The position numbers and the translations under genes were made by a program. Under the pieces are notes generated by a model. That model made no database searches. It saw only the letters and a list, made by a program, of their open reading frames with translations, and was not told where the DNA came from. A stretch of 64,000 nt of DNA, from contig NC_086097.1 of NCBI RefSeq assembly GCF_963921235.1, positions 153,762,001 to 153,826,000 of the forward strand, written 5' to 3'. The stretch's first letter is position 1. The number at the start of each line of letters is the position of its first letter. This DNA is from Mobula hypostoma (taxonomy: Eukaryota). Below, one piece after another: positions 26,875 through 40,087 of this stretch.

Positions 26875-27465
26875 TAGGAGGAATGATATCATCTAACAGC
26901 GACTCCTTTGCTTGCAACTTCGGAAACAGCTCTATTTCCACCTTTAATATCTTCATTTTTCCCTTTCAGGGTTCTTTTGAAGACCCTGACCTGGAGTTAC
27001 ATGCAGGCTTTGGTTCTTTGCGGGAATGGGACCCGTTCTCGGTCTTTGCAATCTTCGGACAAGAGCTCAAAAAAAGCAACGATATGGACTTTTAACATTG
27101 TAAGCCAGCAGGTTGTTATGTTTCTTGTTAGCTGTGAAAATGGGGGTCACCTCCCTCTCCCTTGCCAGGGAGAGAGAGAACCTGTGGGTTGTCAAATTTC
27201 AGATGAAATGCGAAGCCTTTGGGGTAACTTTGGTCTGTGTCTTTGCTGTCGCTTAACTTAAGCTTGTGCTCGGTAGTGGGTGCGCTTTTTTTGCCAGTGG
27301 GGGGAGGGGGGAGCTGGGGGGGGTACTTTGGGGTTCCCATGTTTAACTGTTGTTCACTCTTTGGGGCACTTCTCTGTTTTCGTGGATGTTTGTGAAGAAA
27401 AAGCATTTCAGGATATATATTGTATACACTTCTCTGACATTAAGTTTGACCTTTGAACCTTTGAA
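26875..27465 (+). mobile_element. Non-autonomous LINE-mobilised element inserted in a CR1 3' end
   Basis: Interrupts CATAGGAGCAGAA|ATTAGGCCA. Ends in a TTTGACCTTTGAACCTTTGAA tandem tail. Confidence 0.55.
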
Positions 27466-27555
27466 TTAGGCCACTGGACCTATCGAGACTGCTCCACCAT
27501 TCCATCATGGTTGATTTATTATCCCTCCTAACCACCCTCTCTTATGTCTTCTACA

Positions 27556-28135
27556 TGCAAGGGGTTTCTTCCTTTATGTTATTGTGTATGTTAATCAAAA
27601 TAGCTTTTTTGTTATGTTAAATGCTCAGAAGGTTCTCTCGCTCCAGCTGATTTGGTATTTGGGTTATCTTATGCTAAGAGAGCTATTGAACCAATGGGTG
27701 TCCATGTTATTCTTTTTTGGGGTAATATTCTGTCTCATATGGCTGGGAAACGGTGCTTTTGGCGGGCTTTTGCAGGAGAGACCGGGAGTAAGACGGATGT
27801 GCTGGGAGCACCCTGGTCGATCACTTTGTGTGGTCCCGAGCTGCGAGTCGGGGTGGTCAGAGTGGATCGCAGGGTGAAGAAATTGAACTTTGATACGTCT
27901 GGCACCTTTTTCTTTTCCTTTTATATTGTATCTCTATTAATCTCATAGTCCTAGTAAGATTTATAAAGTGTAATCTGTAAAATGTACATTGGGTGCTGGC
28001 TGATGATTGACGTTTGAGGCCGAATCAGGTGGCATTGCACAGCAAACGATGCAACTGGGAGAGAAGGCTGGGCGGCGGACGGGGTTTCCCCGAGATAAAT
28101 ACGAGCTGATATAGCTGACATAGCTGAGCATTACA
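27556..28135 (+). mobile_element. Probable solo LTR
   Basis: TG(C)AA...TTACA termini. Flanks TACA/TGCA give a 3/4 TSD. Internal organisation resembles the LTR-like segment at 46573-47305. Confidence 0.5.
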
Positions 28136-29204
28136 TGCATAAGATCTGGAGAGTGGAGTTGAAATTGATAATAAATTACTTTGTTCTACTGTGAATGTCT
28201 GCAATAAATTAAATCCCAGGATAGTGTATAGTGATCTATATGTACTTTGATAATAAGTTTACTTTGAAATTTAAACTTTGAACTTTGATAAACAGTCTTA
28301 AGTATAAAATTGACCAACTTTGAACGTTTTAGCATCATTTTAGGTCACCTATCAGGGCATTTGCTATTGTTTGGGCTGAATTACTTGAAGAAAAGTTTCA
28401 TTGTATTAACTTTGTTGTGGAAGAACTTGAGGGCTGAATAATGTGGACTGTGTAGGATTGCTTCTCCTGGTGAAGCCTAAAAGCAAGGGATATGATTACC
28501 AGATGACAGAGTCTACAACTGAAGTTTGAGATGAGGAATTTCTTCTCTGTGAGTTATGAATCTTTGGAATTCTCTATCAGTGACAGCCATGGATGTTAAG
28601 TCATTTCATATATTCAATCCTGACAAGTGGGCAGAAAAGTTGAATTGAGGCCAAGATCAGATCAAGTCATTGATCATATTGAAAGGCAGAACAGGTTTTG
28701 AGGAGCCATACAGCCTCTACTCAATGCTGACACCTTGTAAAGCAGTTGGGAATTATTGCATTCTGAGGCATCTTTAAGAAGAAAATAAAAACTGCATATA
28801 TTTTTGTTTCAAGTGGTTTTGTCCAAGTTTATTTAATTACTTCATTTTATAGTGAATGTAGATGATAGTAAAACCAGTCTGAAATGAAAAAAAAAAATGG
28901 TTAACAGTTGTCTAGCACAGTTATTAGGATGTGTGCAATAGTTCTGCACAGGTCATATGAATGGAAGATGATCTGAAGTAATATGTTAAGTAATAGTCGA
29001 TGGAAAAATAAACTCAAAAGAAACATTAGCTGTTTCTGCATTTAGATTGTAATTGAAAATAATAACAACATTTATTTGCATGGCATTTTTAATAGAATAA
29101 ATTCCCAAGTCATTTCTTGGGAAACTTATCAATGCAAGTCTCAGGTTATATAACCGACACCATGCTCAACGGGGCATCTTTTAAGGCATATTACCCAGAT
29201 GTAA

Positions 29205-29900
29205 AAAAGAAGTTGGTGGTGCACTGAAACACAGTCGCCTCTCCGGGGCCAAACAAATGTCTTTTTGCATTTTTGAAGTCTCTTTTTCACAATTGCAAAA
29301 CAATGCTGGACTTTAAGAACTTTGAGTACTGTAGGACTACCCCATCAGTGAGCTGCTCGTTGGCGGAGGAGCTGGACTGTGCAGACCATATTGCTGCCTG
29401 CTACAGGAAGGCATCAAAGGCTTTGGAGTTGGTGTGCAAAGACAGCATATAGTGTAACGGCGGGTGATTGTCTTGACATTGATAATATAAGATGCCAAAA
29501 GCCTGTTTCCCTTGTTTGCTGGCAGGGGGCTGCATGACCTCAGTTATAGCGAGGACCAAGTCTCGATCTGCGGACTTGTCTGTTGCTGCAGTACTGGAGA
29601 GGAGTCGCCGGAGGTGATGTAGCGCTGTACCCATGTTCAGATGGGAACAAGCCTCTCCTGCTGGATGCCTGCATCTGTGGACTGCCAGAAACTGCTTTTC
29701 TTCCTGATAGCACCCATGCACCATCAACTTGAGGGACGTGTCACTCAGGGACTTGGGCTTTTTTTTTATGAGATTGTATGGTTGATTGCTATCTTGTAGG
29801 TGCTGTGTATGTTTTGCACCTTTGCTCGGGAGGAAGACTGCTTTGCTCAAATGTATTCATGTATGGATGAATGATATATAAGCTTAAATTGAACTTGAAT
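29205..29900 (+). mobile_element. SINE-like non-autonomous element with TTGAAC tail
   Basis: 3' ~90 bp shared with 17470-17546 and 33665-33760. Confidence 0.5.
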
Positions 29901-30127
29901 AAATAATATAAAGAATAGGGTAGAGCATCCCAGAGCCACAAGACAACAAATGTCATGTCACATGAGTCAAACCAGGCTCTGAGACCGTGGACTAGCTAAT
30001 TGAAGAATGATCATCTATGATGGAATGAAAAAGAATCAAAAGTAAGCCAAAAGCCAGATTTGGAGAGGCATAGAGATATTGGGAGAACTGGAGGGCTGAA
30101 AGGTATTAGAGATAGAATAGATTAGGA

Positions 30128-30195
30128 CGACTGCGCCTCTTCCTATAGATGCTGCTTGGCCTGCTGCGTTCACCAGCAACTTTGATGTATGTTGC
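30128..30195 (+). mobile_element. 68-bp Penelope-tail micro-insertion
   Basis: Perfect 11-bp TSD ATAGATTAGGA (30117-30127, 30196-30206). Sequence matches the post-hammerhead part of the 18931-19076 and 53246-53380 copies. Confidence 0.85.
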
Positions 30196-31127
30196 ATAGA
30201 TTAGGATGAGGTTAGTTAGCTACTTGAAAGCGAGTGTGATTTTTTTAATTTCAAAGTGTTGGCAAACCAAGAACCATTAAGTTGAACCATAAGTTTTGGT
30301 AGGAGTTAGGATACTTAATTGATAACTAGAAGATAATAATATCAGAATGGAATAGTTGTTGTTTTAATAAAAAAGGGAACATTAATTGTTCATATCTTCT
30401 AGGAGGAGCATGGAAAAGGTGCACCTGTAGGTTACACTTGAAACGTAACATTATAGGCGCTCATGGAAAATGTAAACCAGAATATCATTGATTGTGCATT
30501 ACACACAATCTTTCACTTAGAGGAAGGACTATGTATCTCACTCCCAGTTGGAGAGCTCATGAATAATGGAACTTTTACAAGAGCAAAAGGACCCTTTATA
30601 ATGCTCTGACACCAGAGCAATCTTTCATAATCATTCTGCAAGCTTTGGTGGTACAGTAATTTCATTACTGTCAATGTGAGAATTCACTGTAGTGAATGAT
30701 AACACTACATCCAGAATGAGTTTGGAAATGTCGATAATATCCATTGATTAAGCGGGATATAACAGTGATGACATTGTGTTACTGCCTTTAGCTGTCATGC
30801 TTGAGTTATGCCCTTTTACTAATGGAAGGAAAAACGACATTTGGTGTCAGTAGTGCTGTACGTTTTTATGTAAAATCCTGGTGGTCCGAATCTGATAGAA
30901 TGCTTCACTCAAGAAACATAAATTGAGCTATACCTATCAGCAATAAATATGAACATTAACATTTTGTTTGCCTTATATGCATGCTTTAAAAAATCTGGAC
31001 TATTTTTAATTATGAAGGGGAATTTAGCTGCTGCTTATTGAGGTGAGGTCCAACTTTTCCATCTATTACCGAGTCTTTCCAGTTAATTCTGGCTTTACTA
31101 TTACAAGATAATTTCCATCTCATGAGA

Positions 31128-32010
31128 CTTCAAAGTCCAATGGAAATTTATTTATTGCACACATGTGACCAAATATTACCCTGAGATTTACTTTCTTGCA
31201 GGTACTCACAGTACAACAATGAAGTACAATAGAATCATTGAAAAACTATACACTGACAAATTAGGCAAATGCAAAAAGAACAAATAATGATTAACTAAAT
31301 AATACTGAGAACACAGGTTGTAGAGTCCTTGGAAGTGAGCCCATAGGTTGTGTTGTCCTGAGAGAAGATGTCCACTCTGGTTCAGGAGCCTGATGGCTGA
31401 AGGGTGATAACTGTTCCTGAACATGGTGGGAAAAGGCCTAAGGCTTCTGTACTTCCTTCCTGTTTGTAGCAGCGGGAAGAGAGCATGGCTTGGATAGTGG
31501 GTGTCTTCAATGATAGATTTTGCTTTCTTTTGACAGTACCGTTTGCAGATATACTGCATGGTGGAAAGAGTTTTTCCTGTGATGAAATGGGCAGTATCCA
31601 CCACTTTTGTAAGTTTGGGCATTCTTGGGCACTGGTGTTTCCATAACAGATCATGATGCAACCAGTCAGAATACTCTCTACTGTGTATCTATACAAGTTT
31701 GTCAAAGTTTTAGATGGCATACCATATCTACACAAACTTCTAATAAAGTAGAGGCACTGCCTTGCTTTCTTTGAAACAGCATTTGCATGCTGGGCCCAGG
31801 ACAGATCTTCTAACATGATAACACGCAGGAATTTAAAGTTACTGACACTCTCCACCTCCGATCCTCTGATGAACACTGGCTCATAGACCTTCTAGTTCTT
31901 CCTCCTGCAGTCAATAATCAGCTCTATTGTTTTGCTGATGTTGAGTGAGAGATTGTTGTTGTGGTACCACTCAACCAAATCCTCTATGCTAATTTGTCAC
32001 GACCTTTGAC
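31128..32010 (-). mobile_element. Rex1/Babar-type LINE 3' fragment
   Basis: ORFs 31382-31876 (FKFLRV..DLSW..KKARQCLYF..YRYTVESILT) and 31206-31661. Confidence 0.85.
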
Positions 32011-32121
32011 CATCTTTGAGGACTAAGAGGATTCCATAATTCAATTGAAGGCTGAGGATGAGATCTAGGAGAAATGGTTTAGAAATATCAGAGAAGGTTT
32101 AGATTATGAGAACACTCAGTC

Positions 32122-32758
32122 CTCTTTTATTCTCATTTAGAAATGCATACATGTATTAAGAAATGATACAAAGTTCCTCCAGAGTGATATCACAGAAAAA
32201 CAGGACAAATCAAAGATTAACACTGCCAGAACGACATAATTATAACATATAGTTACAGCAGTGCAAAGCAATACCATAATTTGATAAAGAACAGACCATG
32301 GGCACGGTAAACATAAGTCTCAAGTCCCAATCAACTCCTGAGTCTCCAATAGCAGGTGGCAAACGAGAGAAGCTGCCTGCCATAAACCTCCAGGCACCGA
32401 CAACTGCTGATGCATTGGAAGCAGCCGACCACAGCCGACACTGAGTCTATCCATCCGAAAACTTCAAGCCTCTGACCAGCCCCTCTGATACAGCCTCCCG
32501 AGCATCTTCGGCCTCGCCCCGGCCGCCAAAACAAACAAAGCCGAGGATTAGGGGCCTTCTGCTCCAGAGATTCCGGTTCCACACAGTAGCAGCGGCAGCA
32601 AAGCGGGCATTTCAGAAGTTTCTCCAGATGTTCCTCCGTACTCTCACGGCTGTCTCCATCAAATCAGAATTGTGTACGGTACCCTACTTGAGAGATTACA
32701 GATACCATTCACCGGAGAGGCCGCGCGCGCTGTGTCACGTCACCATCTTCTCCTCCTC
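32122..32758 (-). mobile_element. Non-autonomous retroposon with a GC/CpG-rich 5' part
   Basis: Minus strand starts GAGAAGATGGTGACG.. and ends in AATAAAAG. CpG-rich relative to flanks. No coding similarity recognised. Confidence 0.45.
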
Positions 32759-33139
32759 TTCCTTAAGGGAAGTGTTGGGTAGATATGGATGGGAGTCAGT
32801 ATTTGTGTCAACTGATGTTATATTTTCCATCATGATATCATAGGAGAATTAAAAAGAGCAAAACTAAATGAGATAAAAGTAAGAGGATGTCATTCATCCT
32901 TTCTGCCTGCTTCATAATCCAGTAAGATCAAAGCTCATCTTTTACTTCAGTATCACCTTACTACTCTAATTGCACCCTCCTTAACCCTTTACTGTACTGT
33001 ACAAAGGATCATCAATCTCTGCAGGTCTTGGCCAGATGAACTATCATCCTGTGGCTAGCTTGTCAAATGCCATAAAAATTATGTATGTTGAAATTAAATA
33101 ACTTCTTATGTTTCTAAATTCAACTGAGTATGGGCGGCA

Positions 33140-36075
33140 AGTCTTGAGATTTACAATGTGAAAACCAACAAGAGGCAAGCAATATGACGTACACTAGAAA
33201 TAAATGGAAAATTAATTAAAATGGAATTGGACGCTGGCTCAGCTGTTTCAGTGATTGCACAAAGTGAGTTTGAACCAAAGCTGCATGCATCCAACTAAGA
33301 ACTTAGACATCACAAGATACTGTTGGCCATTGTTAATGTGGAATGCTGCAATATTGGTTTATTGGCAGACGGAAGAGGAGCTGTGTGTCCTCGGTCGTAG
33401 CAGGGACTAAGCCTCAAGTCACAGTGTCACCCAGCCACCCAGGAGAGAGGCATGAGAGTCAGTGTGCTCCACTGGAGGTGGTGTGGCGTGGTGTCCAATC
33501 TGGATTTGATGGTGCTCCCCAGTGGTCGCCCGGCAGAAGACATGCTGTATTGTATTCAACTGCAGACTGTCACAACATTTGTGGACTCAGGGTCTTGGAC
33601 CTTATCCTTTTAAAAGTGATTGTATTTTACTGATCTTATTTGTGCTATGTATGACTGTTGATACTCAGTTTTGCACCTTGCCTGGAGTAACAATATTTCA
33701 CTTGCCTAGTCATGGGAATTCATGTATGGTTGAATGACAATTAAACCTGAACTTGAACTGGAAAAAAAATAACTACAATGGGAATGGCATTTATAACAGT
33801 GAAATACAACAATCATCAAGCCACATTGAGCTTGTATGTGGTTAAAAACAGGAGGGCCAGCATTGTGGGGCTCATGATTGGCGGAGATGACTACAAATTG
33901 ATTGGCGATCCATCCACCATTTGCATGCCACATCTCCTGCAATAAAGTCAACTGAAAATGGATTAAGAAAGGTACTGGATGATGTCACAGCAGTGTTCAA
34001 GAATGGCATTAAAAATTCAAATATATCATGGATAAAATAGTGTTAAACGAAAATGCCACACCCAAGTTTTACAAAGCCCATCTGTTTCTTTATACTATCT
34101 GAGGTAATGTAGCTATTAAGCTAGATCATATGGAAGCTGAAAGAAATCTCTGCAAGTTTGAGTGGAATCCATGGGCAATATCAGTGGTCCCAGTAGCTAA
34201 GAAGATGTTTGAGGATCTGTGGCTATTTTAAGGTCACCATCAACCCAGTACAGAAAGTCGATCAATGCACTCTGCCAGGGATAAAGGATATCTTTGCAAT
34301 CCTTTCTGGAGGGAAACACTTCAGCAAAATGGATTTAGCTGAAACCTACATACAGATGGAGATGGAAGAAGTGTCCAAAGTGTTTTTCAACATATACACT
34401 CTCGAAGTGCTTTATCCCTAAAATGTGCTTATTTTTGGAGTAGAATCTGCACCCGTGTTCTGGCAGAAAGCTATGGGCCAGGTGCTGCAGGCACTCATTG
34501 TTATCTAGATGCATCACTTTTACCAGTGAGGACAACAAGAAATGTCTCCAACATCTCTAGACAGTGTTAAAAATATTAGATTATGGGCCCAGAGCATGAC
34601 ATGACAATTGTGCAACTCTTTAAACCAAGCATCATTTACTGTGCCCCCATCATTGACTCACAAGCATCACACAATTGTGCTGAAAAAAATCTCAAGCAGC
34701 GGTGGATGGTCCAAGGCAAAACGATGTTTCAGAGTTGCGGTCTTTTTAGGATTTGTTAATTACTAAAACCGGTTCCTGCCAAAGCTGGCTGCTGTGCTCC
34801 ACCCCTTGAACTCATTACTGCAGATCGGGAAGAAATGGCAATGGACAAAGCAGTGTGAGGTGTCTTTCCAAAAGGTGAAAAAAATGGTGGTTCAGGCACT
34901 GTGCTCACACATTATGATCCATATCATCCAGTGAAGCTTGTCTGTCATGATTCGCCTTCTGGTATGGGTGCAGTCATGTCACATGTTATGAGTAATGGAT
35001 GTAAATGCCCCAAAGCCTTTGCATCAGGTTCCCTTAAACTGCAGAAAAAATTATGCACAGATTGACGGAGAGGCCTTCAGTCTGGTTTGGGGTGTAAAAT
35101 ATTTCAACCAGTACTTGCATGGGACAGAGTTTACTTTCATTGTTAATCACCAAATGCTAGTATTCACTTTCAATCAACAGAAGGGTGCTTTACTAACAGC
35201 AACAGTACTAATGCTCAGATGGGCTCTGCTTTTTTGGAGGACACAATTACAAGATTAAATTCAAGAGGACAACTAATCATGGAAGTGCTGATCCCATTTA
35301 CCCTCGGAAAAGGAAATACCTAAAAATATTTAAAAAAGGATACTCATCTTGATGTATGCTCTTTAATGCAAATCCAAAGTCTCTCTATTATGGCAGAGAT
35401 TATTCAAAAGGAAACCTGAGAAGACCCTGGACCCCACACTGTCTCAGGTCTGCGTAGCAACCCAAAATAGATGGAATGTGCAGTACAAATTACATTTCCC
35501 CCATTTCTACCAGTGCTAGGATGAACTTGCCCTTCATGGAGGGTGCCTTATGTAGGGATTGAGAGTTGTACCATCCAAGCTGAGAGCTGAAGTTTAGGAA
35601 GAGCTACATGCCGGTAAACTCGGCATGGTTAAAATGAAAGCATTGGCTTGAATCTTTGTCTGTTGGCTTGGAATAAATCAACAGATCGAGCAGCTTGCCA
35701 TGCACTGTTTGGGATTCCAACACATCCAGAATATTCCGCGAACAGTGTGCCTTTCCATACCTGAGAATGGCCAGTATTGCCTTGGTGGAGGATTCATGTA
35801 AATTTTGCCAGATCATTCATGAGCACAAATTTCTTGGTGGTAGTGGATGCAGCTTCAAAGTTGCCAGAAGTGTTCCCTATAGCCTCCACTACAGCCTCAC
35901 ACACTGCTGATATGTTGAGAAGCCTCTCCTCAAGGACTAGTGATCCAGAACACTTAGTGACAATGGACCACGGTTTGTTGGGGAGTGGTTTCAGTCATCC
36001 CGAAAATAAATGGAATAAAACATATTACACTTGCACCGTACCACCCAACTACAAAAGGCTTTGCAGAAAGACCAG
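33140..36075 (+). mobile_element. Decayed Gypsy pol (protease, RT, RNase H, integrase), interrupted at ~33340-33765 by a SINE-like element
   Basis: LEINGKLIKMELDAGSAVSVI, RICGYFKVTINP, FSKMDLAE, NYAQIDGEAFSLVWGVKYFNQYLHG, PWWRIHVNFA..FLVVVDAASK. Confidence 0.88.
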
Positions 36076-36084
36076 AAGACTATA

Positions 36085-39000
36085 ACGTAAAGGAGGAGAT
36101 TAGGCTGTTTGGCCCATTGAGTCTACTCTGCCATATCATCAAGGCTGATCCAATTTTCTTCTAAGCCCCAATCTCCTGCCTCATCCCATATCCCTTCATG
36201 CCATAAACAATCAAGAATTTATAAACCTCTGCCTTAAATATACATAAAGAATTGGCCTCCCCAGCATCCTTTGGCAAATTATTCCATAGATTCACCACTC
36301 CCTAGCTAAAGAAATTCCTTGTCATCACTGTTCTAAAAAGATGCCCTCTATTCTGAGGTTGAGCCCTCTGGTCTTAGACTCTCCTACCATAGGGAACATC
36401 CTTTGCACATCCACTCTATCAAGGCCTTTCAACATTTGGCCAGCTCCCTTTCTACGCACATTGGCCTCCTGCTAATCAGCCACTGCTTTATCCATGCTAG
36501 AATCTTTCCTGTAATACTAAGGGCTCACAGGTTGTTAAGCAGCCTCATGTGTGGCACCTTGTCAAAGGCCTTTTGAAAATCCAAGAACACGACATCAACC
36601 AATTCTTCTTTCCCTTGCCTGCTTGTTATTTCTTGAAGGAATTCCAACAGATTTGACAGGCAAGATTTTCCCTTGAAGAAACCTTGCTGACTATGGCCTA
36701 TTTTATCAAGTACCAAGTACCCTGAGAATACATCCTTAATAATGGACTCCAACATCTTCTAAGCCAATGAAGTCAGACAAACTGACCTACAGTTTCCTTT
36801 CTTCTGCCTCTCTCCCACTTGAAGAGTGGAGTAACATTTGCAATTTTCCAGTCTTCCGGAACCATTGAAGAATCTGGTGATTTGGGAAAGATCATTACTA
36901 ATGCCTTCACAATCTCTTCAGCCACTCTTTCAGAACCCTGGGTGTACACTGTCTTGTTCAAGTGACTTATCCACCTTCAGATTTTTCAATTTCCCAAAAA
37001 CCATCTCCCTAATTATGGTAACTTCACACACTTCATGACCAATGGCACCATACTGTTAATGTCTTCCACAGTGAAGACTGATGTAAAATACTTATTTAAC
37101 TCATTTTCTTCTTCCCCATTACTAGCTCTCCAGCATTGTTTTCCAGTGCCACTCTCACCTCTCTTTTACTCTTCGATATTATGGGCTAGCTTACTTTTGT
37201 ATTCCATCTTTACCTTCTTAATGACTTTTTTACTAGCCTTCTGTTGGTTTATAAAAGCTTCTCTATCCTCTAACTTCGCACTAATTTTTGCCCTCTCTTT
37301 TGCTTTCATGCTGGCTTTGACTTCTCCTGTTAGCCATTGTTGTGTCGACTTTCCTTTAGAATACTTCCTCCTTTTTGAGATGTATATACTGTACATTGCC
37401 TATAAAAGGTATTCACCCACCCCCTTGGAAGTTTAAATGTTTTATTGTTTTACAATATTGATTCACAATGGATTTATTTTCACTTTTTGACATGAAAAAA
37501 CCCTTTCATGTCAAAGTGAAAACAGGTCTCTACAATGTGATCTAAATTAATTACAAATTTAAAACACAAAATAATTGATTACATAAGTATTCACTCCCTT
37601 TAATATGACACACCAAATCTTCACTGCTGCAGCCAATTGGTTTTAGAAGTCACATAATTAGTTAAAGAGAGATCTGTTTTTGGAGACCTGTGTGCAGACA
37701 AGGTGTTTCAATTGATTGTAGTAAAAATATACCTGTATCTGGAAGGTCCAACCACTGGTGAGTCAGTATCCTGGCAAAACTATACCATCAAGAAAAAAGA
37801 ACACTCCAAGCAACTCCACAAAATAGCTATTGAAAAGCACAAGTCAGGAGATGGATTCAAGAAAACTTCCATGTTACTGAATATCCCTTGGAGTAGAGTT
37901 AAGTCAATCATCAAGAAATGGAAGGAATATGGCACACTGCCTAGAGCAGGCCCTCTTCAAAAACTGAGTGAGCACGCAAGAAGGGAACTAGTGAGGGAGA
38001 CCTCACTATGACAACTCTGGAGGAGATACAAGCTTCAGTGGCTGAGATGGTAGAGACTGCGCATACAACAACTATTGTCTGGGTGTTTCACCAGTCACAG
38101 ACTTATGGGAGAATGGCAAAAAGAAAGTCACTGTTGAAAAAATACACATGAAATTTTGGTTAGAGTTTGCTAGAAGACATGTGGGAGACTCTGAAGTCAG
38201 CTGGAAGAAAGTTCTATGGTCTGACTAAACCAAAATTTAGCTTTTTGGCCATCAGACTAAACACTATGTTTGTCGCAAACCAAACACGACATATCATCAA
38301 AAATACACCATTCCTACCATGAAGCATGGTGCCAGCTGCATCATGCTGTGGGGATGCTTCACTGCAGCAGGCCATGGAAGGCTTGTGAAGGTAGAGGATA
38401 AAATGAATCCAGCAAAATACAGGGAAATCCCAGAGGAAAACATGATACAGTCTGCAAGAGAACTGTGACCTGTGAGAAGATTTGATTTCCAGCAAGACAA
38501 TAACCCTAGGCATGAAGACAAAGCTATACAGGAATGGCATAAAAACATCGAAGTTAATGTCTTGGAGAGGCCATGTCAAAGCCCAGACCTCAATCTAATT
38601 GAGAATTTGTGGATGGACTTGAAAAGGGCTGTTCACCTATGATCCCCATGTAATCTGACAGAGCTTGAACAGTTTTGTAAAGAAGAATGGGGAAAAAGTG
38701 CAGTGTTCAGATGTGCAAAGCAGATAGAAACCTATCAACACAGACTCAAAACTGTAATTGCTGCCAAAGGTGTATCTACTAAATACCTACTTGAAGGGGG
38801 TGAATATTTATGCAATCAAGTTATTTTGTGTTTTACATTTGTCATTAATTTAGATTACTTTGTAAAGATCTGTTTTCACTTTGACACAAAAGTTTTTTTC
38901 TGTTGATCAGCGTAAAAAAAAGGCAAATTAAATCCACTGTGATTCAATGTTGTAAAACAATAAAAATGAAAACTTCCAAGGGGGTGAATACATTTTTAGG

Positions 39001-39490
39001 CACTGTATCCTCTGCTTTCCGAATTGCTCCCAGAAATTCCATCCATTGCTGCTCTGCTGTCATGCCTGCCAGTGTTCTTTTCCTGTCAATTCTGGCCAAC
39101 TCCTCACTCATGCCTCTGTAATTCCCTTTACTCCACTGTAATACTGATACATCTGACCTTAGCTTCTCCTTCACAAATTTCAGGGTGAATTCGATCATAT
39201 TATGATCTCTTGCCCCAAAGGGTTCTTTTACCTTAAGCTCCCTAATCAATTCTGGTTCATTGCACAAGACCCAATCCAGAAAAGCTGATCCTTTAGTGGG
39301 CTCAACCATGAGCTGCTCTAAAGAGCCATAGGCACTCTAGAAAATCCCCCTTCTGGAATCCAGCAACAACCTGATTTTCCAAATCTACGTGCATATTAAA
39401 GTTCCCCATGACGATTGTAACATTGCCCTTTTGATATGCATTTTTTATCTCCCGTTGTAATTTGTAGGCCACATCCTTACTACTGTTCAG
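36085..39490 (-). mobile_element. Internally deleted CR1-type LINE, interrupted by a Tc1 element
   Basis: FLDFQKAFDKVPH, PEDWKIANVTPLFK, APE LDWVLCNEP..DHNMIEF. 3' UTR at ~36090. Confidence 0.88.
37394..39005 (+). mobile_element. Tc1-family transposon of IR/DR type (~210-bp TIRs), decayed transposase on +
   Basis: TA at 37392-93 and 39006-07. Long TIRs with GTATTCAC-CCC direct repeats. HKSGDGFKK..STVKS-like HTH, FQQDNNPRH and CQSPDLNLIENLW motifs. Confidence 0.92.
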
Positions 39491-39787
39491 GAATATCATT
39501 TCATGTAAATATCATTTTATGTTTAGGAATGGAAAGGAATATTACTTGAAAAACATGCAAAAATATTTAGCTGAAAATTCTGAGAACATGAATGCAAGGT
39601 ATTCATTTATACTATAGAGCAGTGAAAATGGGCTTGCTTTCAATCTTCGGCGATTGATTGCTCATGCCTGCCAGAATGCCTGGGTAGGGGCAGTACATAC
39701 TGTACTTGTTCCATAAAGCGACTGATGCATGAATATAGCGTATCTATCTTTCATTTGCCATATCCCTTTTTCAGGGATGTGACAAGT

Positions 39788-40087
39788 ACTCAAACAAGGA
39801 GGTTCGATGATTCATTCCTGGAAAAGCAGAGCGGCGGGAGACTTCAGAGGTAACCAAAAACAGGTTCTTAGTAAGATTAAGAACTGGAGCACTCTCCTAC
39901 ACAGAAGAGATTGCATCTGATGTCACCTGCAGACAACGCATTGATCAGTTAAGGAGAACAGATTCAATGTTTAGAGAGAAAGTTTGTCTAAAGCTGTCAG
40001 AACCACTTCCTACATTCCCAGAGTCAACTCCTACAACCACCAAGAAGGAGGAGGCCCCAAAACCTGAGATTGTTTCACAACCACCAT
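39788..40087 (+). mobile_element. Gypsy integrase C-terminal fragment, likely continuing 33140-36075
   Basis: TGALSYTEEIASDVTCRQRIDQLRR resembles the G-P-L-S-Y..RRH-DQLR tail of this integrase group. Same orientation and expected order. Confidence 0.7.
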
